NCBI GenBank assembly: GCA_008690995.1
Contig: VRMN01000001.1
Coordinates: 2,418,001 to 2,482,000 of the forward strand
Direction of reading: 5' to 3'
Length of the DNA: 64,000 bases
From: Porphyridium purpureum
Lineage: Eukaryota
Part shown: positions 41,441-52,959 of the stretch, one piece after another
Position numbering within the stretch: the first letter of the stretch is position 1
How the letters are laid out: the number at the start of each line of letters is the position of its first letter
Made by a program: the position numbers and the translations under genes
The notes under the pieces: generated by a model
Databases searched by the model: none
The model's input: the letters and a program-made list of their open reading frames with translations, nothing else
What the model was told of the DNA's origin: nothing

Positions 41441-43336
41441 TCACATGTTGCGGCATCGCAACAGGGCGCAAAGCGAGCTAGGAAGCATTGAGCTGAGTCT
41501 CCTGCGAAGAAAAGTGCCCAGGAGCGTCGAGGCCGCCGAAACTTGCTCGGCAAGGCCATACATTACCATAAGAAACAGCGACGCCGGGCTCCGCGCGGCC
41601 ACATCGCTGTCTTCATTAATCCCTCCGCTTTGCTCCATCCCCTCTCTGCCTAGAAGAGGCGCAAGCGGCCGCATTTCTTTCGTTCCGAAAAGAGATGGCT
41701 CCTCGAAAGAATAGAAACGTTCAGCAACGCGCACCTTGTCCAGGATGGATGGCGTTCCATCTCCGTGACCACGCCAGTCCCCAAAATGCCATATTCTTGC
41801 CTCATCCTGTGAAATACTATCTGAGGCTGAGGCCGCACGTGCCAGCAAACCGCTTCCAGTCGTTGAGTGAACACTGTCTCTCATCATGCCGGGCAAGACC
41901 AAGGTGAACAGCAGTATCAAGATCAGCATCGGAGCGGACGCCCCGGCCATATGCAGTAAGGAATCTTCAGACGACGAGAAAGACGTGTCCATGTCCAGAA
42001 GCTTCTTGTCATCTGAAGACATGTCGACAGGAAAGAGGGCTCCAGTGCCATTGCTCCGACCGCTGCGGGTGCACGGGTCATGTACAACATCAGTAAGCAT
42101 GTTCACGGTCACATGATTGTGCCTCAAAGGCTCGTAGTCGCCCTCAGAAACGGGATTGCTTTGAACGGGACCAGTTGAACTACTTGTGCCCGAATGGGTC
42201 ACGTTTTGCAGGCTACGCATCTGTTCTTCCATGCGCCTCATTTGGTCCCGCAGTCTAACATTCTCCAGCTCGTGCTTAGACAGCGCATCCTCAAGAATTT
42301 TGGTGTAAACGCGGCGACGAATGCGGGATACATATGCAGAGTCACGGTTTTTCTGCAACCTCTGACGGTACTTGACGGACTTTGCCTGCTCGGGTGCAAG
42401 TGCGGTCAGATCAATGTCGCTCAACTTCTCGTCCTCGTCCGCACTATCATCGCCTTTTTCAAGTCGCCGCTTTTTGCTCCATACGACCTTGCGGTCATCG
42501 AGCTGGTCAATCGCGAAACGTTCTGCCTCCTGCTTTGCTGCCTCGACGGCACTGGACGACTTCGCTCCACTTCGCTGACGCTTACTCGCACTGCTCAGAG
42601 CCGCAGCTTCGGGGTCGGCGCCTTGCTGGACATGGTGATCATTGTGCACGTGCTCGGAGCCCGTCAACGACGAGCCCATCGACTTCTCGCTCGCCGCTCC
42701 GTCTCGCACGGGAGCCGCTGCCGGGGCGGCAGCCGCCGACGCGGTTCTCTCGGCAGCGGTGGCGCCCAGTGCTGACATACAACCCGTCAATGGATCATAT
42801 TTGGTCTCCTCCACAATGTCAAACCACTGCTCTATAACTTGCTCGGCCTCGTTCTCTGAAGAGCCCTTTCCGCGCGCCTGAGCAGACTGCATCGTCTGGG
42901 CGGTGGCCAGTGTTCCGTCTTGTTGCACTCGCAAAGACAGTTCAAGGCCTTCAACAGCGTCTGAGCCGTCACGCAGCACTGGTGTCGTGTCCAGAAGGCT
43001 GCTCTGGTCTACATCTAGCGCTATTCGTTTGGAAGACCCTTCAGGTAGCAGCCAGTCAGAGTTCTCGCCGCCAAAGGTTGCACCTGCGGGTTCCCCCACA
43101 CCCACACCTTGTTCCTGCGACCACCCTGTCTCGCCGAGCCATTGCGCTGCGTACGCATCCTGCTGCAATGCCTGCTGCTGAACGTCCAACAACGAGCTCG
43201 GCGTGCGGGCGTCGTCCCCGCACAGCCCAGCCTCACTTTCGGCCCCTTCGTCATCTTCCCCCTTGGCCATGCCGCTCCAGCCATCTTCCAGATCGCTCAG
43301 GTGCACTTGCACCTCGTCCAAGTACAGGCTCTCCAT
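41441..43336 (-). CDS. Membrane-tethered bZIP transcription factor (bZIP60/bZIP17-28/ATF6 type)
   Basis: Basic region RQRLQKNRDSAYVSRIRRR plus zipper (ILEDAL...LENVRL...M), followed by a hydrophobic segment APMLILILLFTLVLPG. Acidic N-terminus; ATG 43336. Confidence 0.82.
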   Translation of the reverse strand: MESLYLDEVQVHLSDLEDGWSGMAKGEDDEGAESEAGLCGDDARTPSSLLDVQQQALQQDAYAAQWLGETGWSQEQGVGVGEPAGATFGGENSDWLLPEGSSKRIALDVDQSSLLDTTPVLRDGSDAVEGLELSLRVQQDGTLATAQTMQSAQARGKGSSENEAEQVIEQWFDIVEETKYDPLTGCMSALGATAAERTASAAAAPAAAPVRDGAASEKSMGSSLTGSEHVHNDHHVQQGADPEAAALSSASKRQRSGAKSSSAVEAAKQEAERFAIDQLDDRKVVWSKKRRLEKGDDSADEDEKLSDIDLTALAPEQAKSVKYRQRLQKNRDSAYVSRIRRRVYTKILEDALSKHELENVRLRDQMRRMEEQMRSLQNVTHSGTSSSTGPVQSNPVSEGDYEPLRHNHVTVNMLTDVVHDPCTRSGRSNGTGALFPVDMSSDDKKLLDMDTSFSSSEDSLLHMAGASAPMLILILLFTLVLPGMMRDSVHSTTGSGLLARAASASDSISQDEARIWHFGDWRGHGDGTPSILDKVRVAERFYSFEEPSLFGTKEMRPLAPLLGREGMEQSGGINEDSDVAARSPASLFLMVMYGLAEQVSAASTLLGTFLRRRLSSMLPSSLCALLRCRNM

Positions 43337-44395
43337 CCTGCTGCGCTCGACACGCGCCGCCTCCCTCAACCCGTATTCCCCAGCCGCAACAATCCCGCTC
43401 GCTCCCTGCTACTCTCCCACCCCCCGCCTGCCCTTCCTGCACGCCCTGCACGCCCCGCACCCGCACCCCGCTCTCCTCGTCCAACCCAACCCCTCTCCAA
43501 CCTTCCCGACCCTCTGTCTTGTTTCCCCTCTTCTCACCACCACCGATCGCTTTGCATCTGTCTCAAATCTCTTTCTTATTCCACGCTTTTCTCCCTTCTC
43601 GTTTCTCCTTTCTCCTTCGCCTCTTCCGTTCAATCAAGTCTAGTTGTCAGGTTGTCCTTTCTCCGATTCGTCTTGCTACACACACAAACACAAACACAAA
43701 CACCCCCACTCTAGTTCCACACAAAAAACCCACACTTCATGCACCGAATCAACGCTTCAGCCGCTGCTGCTGCTGAAACCCCACCAAGATTCAATCACAG
43801 ATCCGTGCCAATTTCGTTGACGCCGCCTCGCTCACACATGTTGTGGTGCTTCTTCACGACTGCCGCATGCGTGCGGCGTGAGTGCGAAGGGGCGTTTGTT
43901 TTGTTTGTTTTCGTTGCACTTGGACAACAAACACAGAAACTGTACACAGCGTGTACATGTGGCGGCGGCTCACAACAGGCGTGCATAGAAAAAGGGCTCG
44001 CTTTGCTAGGGAGCGGTGGAACGCGCGCCTACATGGAACGCCCGGATGTATTTTTAGGCATGCTGGGCGTGGCGCGCGCTGTACCGCATGGAAGCGTCTC
44101 GAACACTGGGAAGACGGTTGGGACGTTGAGGTCGTCAAGGCAAAGAGGGAAGGAGGCGCAAGGCGGGGGAACGTCGGTTGTTGCTGTGGACACGGACGTC
44201 ACGACACGGCGTGGCACGCTTGGGGTGGCGTTCGGTGGTGCGCAGAGTGCAGATGTGTAGGGCAGGCGCGGTGGATTGAGCGGTCCGAGCTGCACACAGA
44301 GACTGTGTGTTTTACTGTTCAATGCGCGCGCGCGTTTTGGGAATGCAGGATGAGCGAGGTATGCCGCGTGCGCAAGTAATGTGTTCTCGTTGTCA

Positions 44396-44920
44396 ATGAG
44401 TCAGTCGCCTCGTGAGAGTACCGACGCGCGGCTGCTTGCTGAACGAGTGGGGCGGCGCGCGCTGAATGCGACGCTGAAACCCAGGTTGCACAGGCCGAGC
44501 GTGGCGCCGCCACGACCGCGCGCAGATGCTGCTCTTTGCCTCGGTGACTGGGTACAGGCCGTGCGGCGCGCTCCGCATCAGCCATGGGTATCAGATCGCG
44601 AATGCGAGCCCGATCCCGAGCATGTGCCCGATTGCGCGGACGGCTCGCTCTGCGTACGATTCGTTTGGCATGGAGGGGCCAAAGTCGAATTGCTCGGCTC
44701 ATTTACGCAGTGGGCCACGGTGCTCGCGCTAGCGCCACGGGCTGAGAGCCAGCAGGCAAATGAAGAGACTCTTCATGAGATTGTGTTGGATCTTCCGGTC
44801 GGGAAACACCAATACATGTATCGCGTGGACGGCGCGTGGCGCTGCGATGCCTCCCGGTGCCTCGAGCGACTGTCGCGCAGCGGCGAAGAACTCCTCGTGA
44901 ATGTTGTCTGGGTCGAATAA
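44396..44920 (+). CDS. CBM48/AMPK-beta-type glycogen/starch-binding domain protein
   Basis: VRFVWHGGAKVELLGSFTQW...LDLPVGKHQYMYRVDGAWRCD...VNVVWV. Start uncertain; a short GT..AG intron at 44359-44404 is possible. Confidence 0.8.
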   Translation: MSQSPRESTDARLLAERVGRRALNATLKPRLHRPSVAPPRPRADAALCLGDWVQAVRRAPHQPWVSDRECEPDPEHVPDCADGSLCVRFVWHGGAKVELLGSFTQWATVLALAPRAESQQANEETLHEIVLDLPVGKHQYMYRVDGAWRCDASRCLERLSRSGEELLVNVVWVE

Positions 44921-45604
44921 CGCGCGCGCGGCGGGGAGTGAAAGACGCGTCATCGTGCAATCATCCGCCGTCCGTCCTTAAACAGCGCAGACGCAGATGC
45001 GGAGTAGTATACCTGGTGAACACCCATTGTTGCACCCGCGCGTCGCATGCCCACCAGCCATCGCGCGAGCAAATCATGGATCATGTCTTGCGAAAACATA
45101 CCACAGCCAACCTGTAAATCATTGCACTGAATCAAGCCTCTGCGAGCAGAACGTTCGCGCTGCCAGACACTGACCTTATCGTAGAAAAATCCCCCCGCAG
45201 AGCAAAGAACTTTGGCCTTCTATGACCTGCGGGTGTTCAGTGCTCTCAGAAACTGCGAGGTACCCGTCCCACGCGGGTTGGGTGTGCCGAGGCGCGCTGT
45301 TGTTGTCGCACTCCTTTGCGCGCACCTGTTCACTTCGGGTGGAGCTCTTCCGCGCGCGCGTGTATCGTTGGAGGGCTACACTAAGAAGGTGTCCCCGCGC
45401 GGACGTGTGGACGCGGGAGACGGCAGCGCCGGGACTCGCGGTTGTTTGCGCGCTCGGCAACGTGTTCGGTTGGTTGTGAGCGCCGGCGAGTGAGTCGGGT
45501 CCTGCAAAAAACATCCGCCGCTGCACCCTCCGCTTTCTTGGTAGCGTCCTGTCTTGCCAGTCATCGCTCAACGGCCGAAAGCTAGGCGAATAGAGGCTGC
45601 GGCA

Positions 45605-46846
45605 ATGGATACTTGCACTCCGAGTCAGGATGGCGGGAATGTGGGCTTGGCATTCGGGCTGGTGACGGCGGCTGGACTTTCGACGTCGATCGGAGCAGCG
45701 CTGGCCTTTCTCGCACCCAAAAAGGCGGCAAGTGCGCGCAAGTGGCTCGCCGCCTCGCTCGCCACCGCGGCGGGCGTCATGACATACGTGTCCTTTGTTG
45801 AGATCTTTTCGACAAAGGCGGTCGACTCGTTCGCGGCTTGCGTAGATAATTTCGGACTCGCCTACTTGTATGCAACGCTGTGCTTTTTCGGCGGGGTAAT
45901 TATCACTTACCTTCTGGACCTTTTCCTCCATTGGTTCGAACACAATGCTCCCCACTGGAAGTGTTTTGCGCGCCGCAGCCACCGCAGCGAGAATGAATCA
46001 TCCGAACGCGTGGCCGACCCATCCCAACTGGGTGAGAACATGGACGACGTGGGAACGGATGGTAGCGTGAAAGCGACCGACGGTGTGGATAGCCCGACTC
46101 GTGCACTTGAGAACAGCTCCTCGTCGACGCCGCCGGGATTGGACGGCGTGGTGCCGGACGACGTGATCGAGGACGCTTCGGGTTCTCGTGATGTGCTGCC
46201 CATCGTCAGTGCTCCAATCGCACAGGTGGCCGCTCTGGCCGAAGCTGGTAGCTACTCGGGGGACATCGAACCCGCGTCAGAAAATCCACGGGCCGAGTCG
46301 AGTACGTCGCGCGATCTCCATATCACCGAAGAGCTCGCACACGATGCGAACTTCATTTTGGAGCTGCAGAACGAAGGGAAAACTGCAAAGGATCTTGCGC
46401 GCATGGGCATGTTTGCCGGGGTGGCGCTTGCGTTTCACAACTTTCCCGAAGGATTGGCAACCTTTGTTGCTGTTTTGTCAGACAGCTCAGTGGGCGTTTC
46501 TGTCGCGATTGCGATTGCTATCCACAACATTCCCGAGGGGCTTTGCGTTGCGATGCCTATCTTTTACGCCACAGGCTCGCGCTGGAAGGCTTTCTTTTGG
46601 GCCACCATGAGTGGGCTGACTGAGCTTGTGGGTGCACTGCTTGGTTGGCTTGTGCTCAAGAATGTTCTTTCGCAGGTCGTGTATGGCATCTTGTTTGGAC
46701 TGGTGGCAGGCATGATGGTGTATGTTTCGCTCAAAGAGCTGCTGCCAACGGCTCATAAGTATGATGTAGACGACAGGCTGACCAGTGCATGCTTTTTTGC
46801 TGGCGCTGGCGTGATTGCTCTCTCACTGGTGCTTTTCCAGCTCTGA
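45605..46846 (+). CDS. zupT: ZIP-family metal transporter (ZupT/GufA type)
   Basis: AGLSTSIGA, AAGVMTYVSFVEI, ALAFHNFPEGLATF, AIAIHNIPEGLCVAMPI and GMMVYVSLKELLP. Confidence 0.93.
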   Translation: MDTCTPSQDGGNVGLAFGLVTAAGLSTSIGAALAFLAPKKAASARKWLAASLATAAGVMTYVSFVEIFSTKAVDSFAACVDNFGLAYLYATLCFFGGVIITYLLDLFLHWFEHNAPHWKCFARRSHRSENESSERVADPSQLGENMDDVGTDGSVKATDGVDSPTRALENSSSSTPPGLDGVVPDDVIEDASGSRDVLPIVSAPIAQVAALAEAGSYSGDIEPASENPRAESSTSRDLHITEELAHDANFILELQNEGKTAKDLARMGMFAGVALAFHNFPEGLATFVAVLSDSSVGVSVAIAIAIHNIPEGLCVAMPIFYATGSRWKAFFWATMSGLTELVGALLGWLVLKNVLSQVVYGILFGLVAGMMVYVSLKELLPTAHKYDVDDRLTSACFFAGAGVIALSLVLFQL

Positions 46847-47315
46847 GGCGAGTATGGCGGCTCGGAGCACGCAGCTCCAACCAGCTTTCAATCAGCTTTA
46901 CAAAACTCGCGCGATTGTGAGCCTTTTTCTTGCATCGACGGTACCGTGATTGAAGCCCATGACTCCGTTTCGACGAGGGTCTCACGGATTATCTCCAGTG
47001 GTGCTTTTCGGGGTGCGGTCTGGGTCGTTTCAGTACGATTCGCATCAAGCGCTGCCTGCGTGAGCTGGTCATTACACCACTAGGTGATCATTGCGCTTTC
47101 TTGCAGGATGCCAGAGCCGGCGAAAACCGAATGGACCCTTTTCTCGCTTCCATGTGTGTTTCGTGGGCCTCCGACAGGAGCAAGGAGAGACTGAATAGAT
47201 ACTGTGATAAAATTGTTTGTATTTGTCAGGGACGCAGTAGTATTTCCGTCGTGGAAGTTGATAGGCCAAGAGCGGCATGATCCAAATCGAGCAGCGGAAT
47301 CGCGGGGGTGAATCG

Positions 47316-48005
47316 ATGCAGACCGCGTTTGCCTCTTCGTGCGCTGGGGTGCGCCTTGCTTGTCTGCGTCAGGGTGCGCATTCTGTACGCGTCGTACCAT
47401 TGGGGCGCGCTCAGCGCGTGACCACACGCCTCGCAGCTCGAACGGCTGTGACGCTAGTCGGCAGCCGCGGCTTTGTGCGCGCCCGACCGGGTATGAAGAA
47501 CTTGAAGCAGCTCTTCATGAATCAGTCATCGACAAGTTCGGCGGGAGACAGTGCGCTCCCGGCAATGCTGCCCAAGGACGTCAAGGACATGACGGAGCAG
47601 GACTGGAAGAGCGTCCTGACCAAGCAGGAATACGCCGTGCTCAGGGAGAAGGGTACCGAGCGACCGGGCACGGGAGAGTACAACAAGTTCTACCCGACTG
47701 AGGGACACTATGTGTGTGCTGCGTGTAGCGCGCCGCTGTATTCGGCGCAGGCCAAGTTTGACTCTGGCTGCGGATGGCCCGCGTACGACAAATGCTACGT
47801 GGGTGCCGTCAAGACCGAGGTTGATACTTCGATGGGTATGCGCCGCGTGGAGATCATGTGCAACACGTGCGGTGGACACCTGGGTCATGTGTTTGAGAAC
47901 GAAGGCTTCACCAAGACCAATGAGCGCCACTGCGTCAACTCGGTTTCGGTGAAATACGTCAAGGCGAAACCTGAAGGCGATCTGGCGGAAAGCAAAGTAG
48001 TTTGA
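47316..48005 (+). CDS. msrB: Peptide-methionine (R)-S-oxide reductase B, plastid-targeted
   Basis: Transit peptide MQTAF..., then LREKGTERPGTGEY, CAAC, KFDSGCGWPAY, CNTCGGHLGHVF and RHCVNS. An alternative upstream ATG lies at 47277. Confidence 0.93.
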   Translation: MQTAFASSCAGVRLACLRQGAHSVRVVPLGRAQRVTTRLAARTAVTLVGSRGFVRARPGMKNLKQLFMNQSSTSSAGDSALPAMLPKDVKDMTEQDWKSVLTKQEYAVLREKGTERPGTGEYNKFYPTEGHYVCAACSAPLYSAQAKFDSGCGWPAYDKCYVGAVKTEVDTSMGMRRVEIMCNTCGGHLGHVFENEGFTKTNERHCVNSVSVKYVKAKPEGDLAESKVV

Positions 48006-48503
48006 AAACGATTGGGTAAAGCTCAGCTGGAGCAAATCTCTTCTTCGCTCGCTCTCACGGGACGTTTTACTGCTGGACTTAGTAAACTCAGCACGGGGAC
48101 TACACATGGCACCACTGACGATTTCGCTTCATACAAAAGAAGCCTATACACGACTGACTAGACTGATTGTTTGACCAGCTCAGTGTCTGGCTGGTCCACA
48201 AAATGATTCGGAATAACCTACTCTCAGGCGCCGAATCTACACCACATACACACACAAAAATACACGACGAAATGTGCTCCGAGCGAGACCTGCGCAAGCG
48301 CACGCAGCTAGGGACTCTCACTCTCACGCCATTCCCACTGACTTCGCTTCAAACTGGAAGCGATACACCAAAACTACAATTAGACTATTATCTCCTAAAG
48401 TGGCGCACACAAAATGAATGCAAGCACTCGCATTCAACGATCAAACAGCCCCCTCTCAATAATGCGATACAATGTCGCGACCGAACGCATCAGATTACAC
48501 GCC

Positions 48504-48535
48504 CGCACACGCACACGCACACACACACACACACA
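48504..48535. repeat. (CA)n / CGCACA microsatellite
   Basis: cgcacacgcacacgcacacacacacacacaca. Confidence 0.8.
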
Positions 48536-48667
48536 TGCGCATATCCATATTGCAACACAGTACGCGATGACGATGTCACGAGACCCTTTCCACACACATG
48601 GTAGCCAACCTGCAGCTTCCTCGACGGACCAAGACGCCACGATGAAAGAAAAGAATGCCACATGCTG

Positions 48668-49378
48668 TCATACAAAGCGAGGCGTCACGAAGCCTTCGTC
48701 ATACAGTTTCTTGATGGTGCTGTTGAACCGGTTCTTTACCGAGTTGTCTGTCCTTCCATTCAACAGCTTCGCGATCTCGCTCCAGCGATTGCCCAACCTC
48801 GAATGTGCGTCCATAATAATCATATCTTCCTCCTCGGTCCATGGCGCCTTGGCGAGACTTGGCGACAGCTGGTTGAGCCAGCGCTCGCGCGACTGCTTAC
48901 CTGTGCGGCCCGGAATTTGCGCGGCCACCAGGCTCCAGCGCCGCGGCCCCATTTTAGCAACCAATGAGCGCAGAAGCTCATCTTCCTCTGGCCGCCACGG
49001 GCCCTTGATTTTCTTTCCTTGTGTTGGAGTGCGAGCATCGCCTAGCGCGACAACGCTTTCGCTTGCGGTCGCGCTACTCGACCCACTCACGGTTTCCACG
49101 GCGGACTGCGCCGGTCCATCTGGGCTTGTCGCTTCCAAGTGACTTCCGTGGGCACCCGCGTGGGGTGCCGAGATGTGTTTCATCAAGCCTCGCAGCCGGC
49201 ACACGTCCTCGTGGCTCATCTGCTCGCCCTTCGAGGACGCCACGGCGTACGTACCATTCTGTCCTTCGTCGGCGGCGACCTGAGTCACGGCCGAGGACGT
49301 GCCCGTGCCGCCGACCCGCCGCGAGGCGGGGCAACCCTCCACGATCGACGCCGGGCGGAGGTGCATGGCCCGGCTCAT
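48668..49378 (-). CDS. R2R3-MYB transcription factor
   Basis: [12 protein letters not shown]...[58 protein letters not shown]. Start uncertain; first in-frame ATG is 49378. Confidence 0.92.
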   Translation of the reverse strand: MSRAMHLRPASIVEGCPASRRVGGTGTSSAVTQVAADEGQNGTYAVASSKGEQMSHEDVCRLRGLMKHISAPHAGAHGSHLEATSPDGPAQSAVETVSGSSSATASESVVALGDARTPTQGKKIKGPWRPEEDELLRSLVAKMGPRRWSLVAAQIPGRTGKQSRERWLNQLSPSLAKAPWTEEEDMIIMDAHSRLGNRWSEIAKLLNGRTDNSVKNRFNSTIKKLYDEGFVTPRFV

Positions 49379-49877
49379 GCGCGCCCAGCACGGCGCACAG
49401 CAGGTCCAGCCCGCCGGCGCGCTCCTCCCCACCACCACTCATGTCCCGCCCGCCGCGCGCGTCCTCACAGCATATGCCCCCCAATCCCAGCGCGCGCTTC
49501 TTCTGTCCCTAACCTCCACCCGTCCTCCTTCTCTCCCGTGCTCTCTTCCAGTCTGTCTTCCACCGGAATTCCGCGCGCCCGCCGTGTCCACCACCACCAC
49601 CACGACCATCTCTGTATCAGCTCGTCCCCAATTCCACATGTCTCGCGCAACCACCATCAGCACACATACAGGCTTCTAACCACGACCATCCACATCCACT
49701 CTCTCTACCAAATTTCAACCATCCATAACATAAAAACACCCGAAAAATGGTTCGCCTGCGTCTAATCGTCGCCCCGCCCCTTCCTTTCGAGTCAGCAACA
49801 CCCAAAAACACCCAAAAACTAAAGACATCATGCACGCTTGACACGCCCCCTTCCCGTCTGAACAGCTCGAGTTCCAT

Positions 49878-49898
49878 TAGTAGTAGTAGTAGTAGTAG
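49878..49898. repeat. (TAG)7 microsatellite
   Basis: tagtagtagtagtagtagtag. Confidence 0.85.
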
Positions 49899-50636
49899 TG
49901 TGATGTGGACACAGCACCACAAGGACTTGCGTCGCAACCACGTCAAGGGAGAAGCGACGGGGAAGAAGAAAAGGGACGCACGGTACACGGACGTTCATAC
50001 CAGAGCGCGGCGCGTTACATAGCAAACGCGATCTCGGGGGTACGGCGCGCTGTACCTGATCGAGATCGACGCACGCGCCGCGCGCGCACGCGCGTGGAAG
50101 CTGCGCGAAGCGTCACGTCCGCGCGCCCGCGCGTGCAGGCGCACGTGTGTTCGGTGGGTACAGTTGGCGCGTCGTCAAAAAAGGAGTACAGTGCGTACAG
50201 TTCACGCGGGTGGTATCGAACGCCGCGCCGGTTTTGAAATCGGGGCGGTGTGGGAAGAGGCCATGTGGTGGGCAAACGGTGGGAGGGGAGTGTGGAACGG
50301 AACGGGAAGAGCGGGTTTCGAAGCGCATGCACCTGCGGTGGTGTAACGCACGGGCGCGTGAAATCATGGCGTGCTGCGCGGCGCGGCGTCTGTTCGATTT
50401 CAGCGCCGGCGCGGCGCGTGCTCGTGCGAATGGTGACGAACGTGGCTTCTGATTCGCGCGATGGCAGAACTCAGGCCCGCGGGCTCTGCAACAGGCCAGC
50501 CGCCTGGACATCACGCGTCTGGTGCGTCCTTTCATATGCTGGCGCAGAAACGTACACTCACGCCTGTCATGATTTCAACGTATCACTTGCTGTGTGACGC
50601 CGAACATCCAGGACACGTGCGCCCCCGTGCAACGAG

Positions 50637-50643
50637 TATATAA
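50637..50643 (+). promoter_or_regulatory. TATA box
   Basis: TATATAA ~260 bp upstream of ATG 50899. Confidence 0.4.
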
Positions 50644-50898
50644 GCTCACTGGGCTCGCGCCTGAAGTGGAGACTGAATCGGGATGATGGCCGGGAGCAGC
50701 GAGTGCAGTGCACGTGCGAGTGTGTAAAGAGCCGAGCCGACTTGAGCGTGATCCGACGAGGCTAGCAGAGTTGTTATTGCTGAAGGCGCCTTCGTTTCCA
50801 CGCATTGACGGATCAAGGCGAGAAACACTTCGCAGCGCTTGAGGGTTTCCAGCTCTGCCCGTGCTGCTGAAAAAACGTAAACGGACACGGGCAAGCGT

Positions 50899-52959
50899 AT
50901 GGCTACCTCATTCGAAACCGGGGATGCCGTGATGGCTAACATGGGTGGAGAATACCACGTCGACTCGTACGATGCGTTCATGTTTGTGCGTGACGCTGCA
51001 CCAGCTGCACCGCTTATGCGTAAGCGCTCGTCTGGATGGAAGGGATTGCGCTCAAAGGATGAGCCAATGCACGCACCACATATGTCGTCACCGCCGCCGC
51101 CGCCGCCGCCGCAAGCGCAGCAGCATCGTCAGCAGCACATGAGTCCTGTTGGTACGGGCCTTCCACCTGTTGGGCCAAGTCAGAATCACCGCCGTGGGTC
51201 GAGCAAGATCGGCGAAACGCTGCACAATTTCGCGGCAGTGTTCTCCCCTGGAATTTCGCCGATAAAGCCGAAGCGCCAGTCCGTGAGCGGTGTTTCGAAG
51301 GACGCGGCGCATACCGCAATGCAGGAAATGAAAGCGCGCGAAAAGCTCAAGCACGCCGTGCCTCCATCTCCGTCAGATGCTCCCGTCAGCTTTCGGGAGA
51401 TGCTGATTTTCCAGTGGCTCAAGGAGAACGGTATAGAACCGTCGGACTTGAATCGGCTCATGAAGTTGAAGGAGGTCAATGCCTCAGTGGCCGGCCACAT
51501 CGAAGGTACGGATGCCCAGAGTCACGTACCCGTGCCATCAGGTCGGACGTCTTCTTCAACCGCCGAAGCTTCGTCTGCCGCACCAGTGCTGGACGAGATG
51601 GACCAGGAGGTATTTGCCAAACTGTTTACTGTCATGGCCCGCGTCTGTGAGAAAGACGCTGACAAGTCAAAAGGAGCTGCGTCTGCTCCGGCTCCTACTC
51701 ATGCTAACAAGACCCTTGCTGCTTCCGATGTGCGTCAGCCAAGACAGAGTGAAATGGTTGAGAATGCGCAGGACGACGAAGAAGATATTCAAACATATCA
51801 TGACCAGGATAGTTTGCTGCTCAAGCCCAACAAGCGCATGACTCGGAAAAATGGGCTCAAGAATCTGAACATTTACGGTAGTAACGGTGATGGCGATGAC
51901 GCATCGTCGCCTGATCTCGTCATGAAAGTGGTGAATACTGATCGCACCTCGGCCGCCCAGAAGGATAGAGGTCTTTGCAAGGAACCACAAGAGCCATTAG
52001 TGACTGAGATTGCCGAAGATGATGGAGACGTCGCGTCATTCTCCGCCGTGTCAGTAGTCGACTTTGAGCCTGGGCCAGATGCAACGTTCGAAGATGCCTG
52101 CTCGACCGCAACGGTCTTACGCATGTCACCGTACGATCCGGTCAAGTTCCCGAGCGTGCGACGCGCCGATGACGACGACGACGACAGCGATATTGTGAGT
52201 GTGGACTCTTTTGTGACGTGTGATGAGGTGATTACGGCGCTGAGTATGGCCTTCCCGAGATTGAACTGCTACCTAAAGTCCACAGTGCAGGCCGGGCGGA
52301 TCTCGGCAGCAGCAGCAGCCACTCTCGGCTCTAAGTTTGGTACCGAGAGCTTTCTACAGAAGCAGAACGCTCGGCGTGGTCTTCTCGACTATCGCGTGGG
52401 CGGTGCTGACCGGCGGCTTGACTTTGGCGCTGCGGTGCGCGAGGAGAAAAGCGCATTCGCGCGAACGAACAAGCAGCATCCTCGCGTCTGTGATGACTTT
52501 GACAACAGGCACGCCTTTTGGGACTCGGACGAAACGGAAAGTTTCCCGAGTCTTGCTGATGCGACAAAGAAAGAGCATCAAGTACAGGTTAGCGACAATG
52601 CGGTGTTGCCTGCAGGAGCGGCCGGTCAAGCAACAGGAATTTCCATCATCCCGGGTCCGCTGGCGATCCACGTGAACAGGAGGCAGCCGGAACTTGCAGG
52701 CAAGGAGGGAGAAAATGACAGTGATTGTCTTGAAGACGAGACCGCAGCCAGCGACGCCGAGGGTCGCATTGAGGAATCTGGTCATGGTGCACCCGAGCGT
52801 GACAGTGGGAATACGCATGTTCAGTATTTGCAGGCCGCCGTCGAGGAATATGGAAAGTTGATGCATGCGGCAGTGTCCAACTTGGATTTTGAGTCTGCCG
52901 CGACGTATCGAGATCTCATGCACCAGACAATGGAGGTGCTCGAACGCCACGGCGCGTAA
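50899..52959 (+). CDS. Largely disordered protein with C-terminal UVR-like motif
   Basis: 686-aa ORF with polyP/polyD tracts; ends LMHAAVSNLDFESAATYRD (UvrB/C-like helix pair). Confidence 0.7.
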   Translation: MATSFETGDAVMANMGGEYHVDSYDAFMFVRDAAPAAPLMRKRSSGWKGLRSKDEPMHAPHMSSPPPPPPPQAQQHRQQHMSPVGTGLPPVGPSQNHRRGSSKIGETLHNFAAVFSPGISPIKPKRQSVSGVSKDAAHTAMQEMKAREKLKHAVPPSPSDAPVSFREMLIFQWLKENGIEPSDLNRLMKLKEVNASVAGHIEGTDAQSHVPVPSGRTSSSTAEASSAAPVLDEMDQEVFAKLFTVMARVCEKDADKSKGAASAPAPTHANKTLAASDVRQPRQSEMVENAQDDEEDIQTYHDQDSLLLKPNKRMTRKNGLKNLNIYGSNGDGDDASSPDLVMKVVNTDRTSAAQKDRGLCKEPQEPLVTEIAEDDGDVASFSAVSVVDFEPGPDATFEDACSTATVLRMSPYDPVKFPSVRRADDDDDDSDIVSVDSFVTCDEVITALSMAFPRLNCYLKSTVQAGRISAAAAATLGSKFGTESFLQKQNARRGLLDYRVGGADRRLDFGAAVREEKSAFARTNKQHPRVCDDFDNRHAFWDSDETESFPSLADATKKEHQVQVSDNAVLPAGAAGQATGISIIPGPLAIHVNRRQPELAGKEGENDSDCLEDETAASDAEGRIEESGHGAPERDSGNTHVQYLQAAVEEYGKLMHAAVSNLDFESAATYRDLMHQTMEVLERHGA

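Noticed and set aside
36246..43336. SDF2 and membrane bZIP as an ER-stress cluster
   Set aside because: Separated by an unrelated kinesin; proximity is likely incidental.
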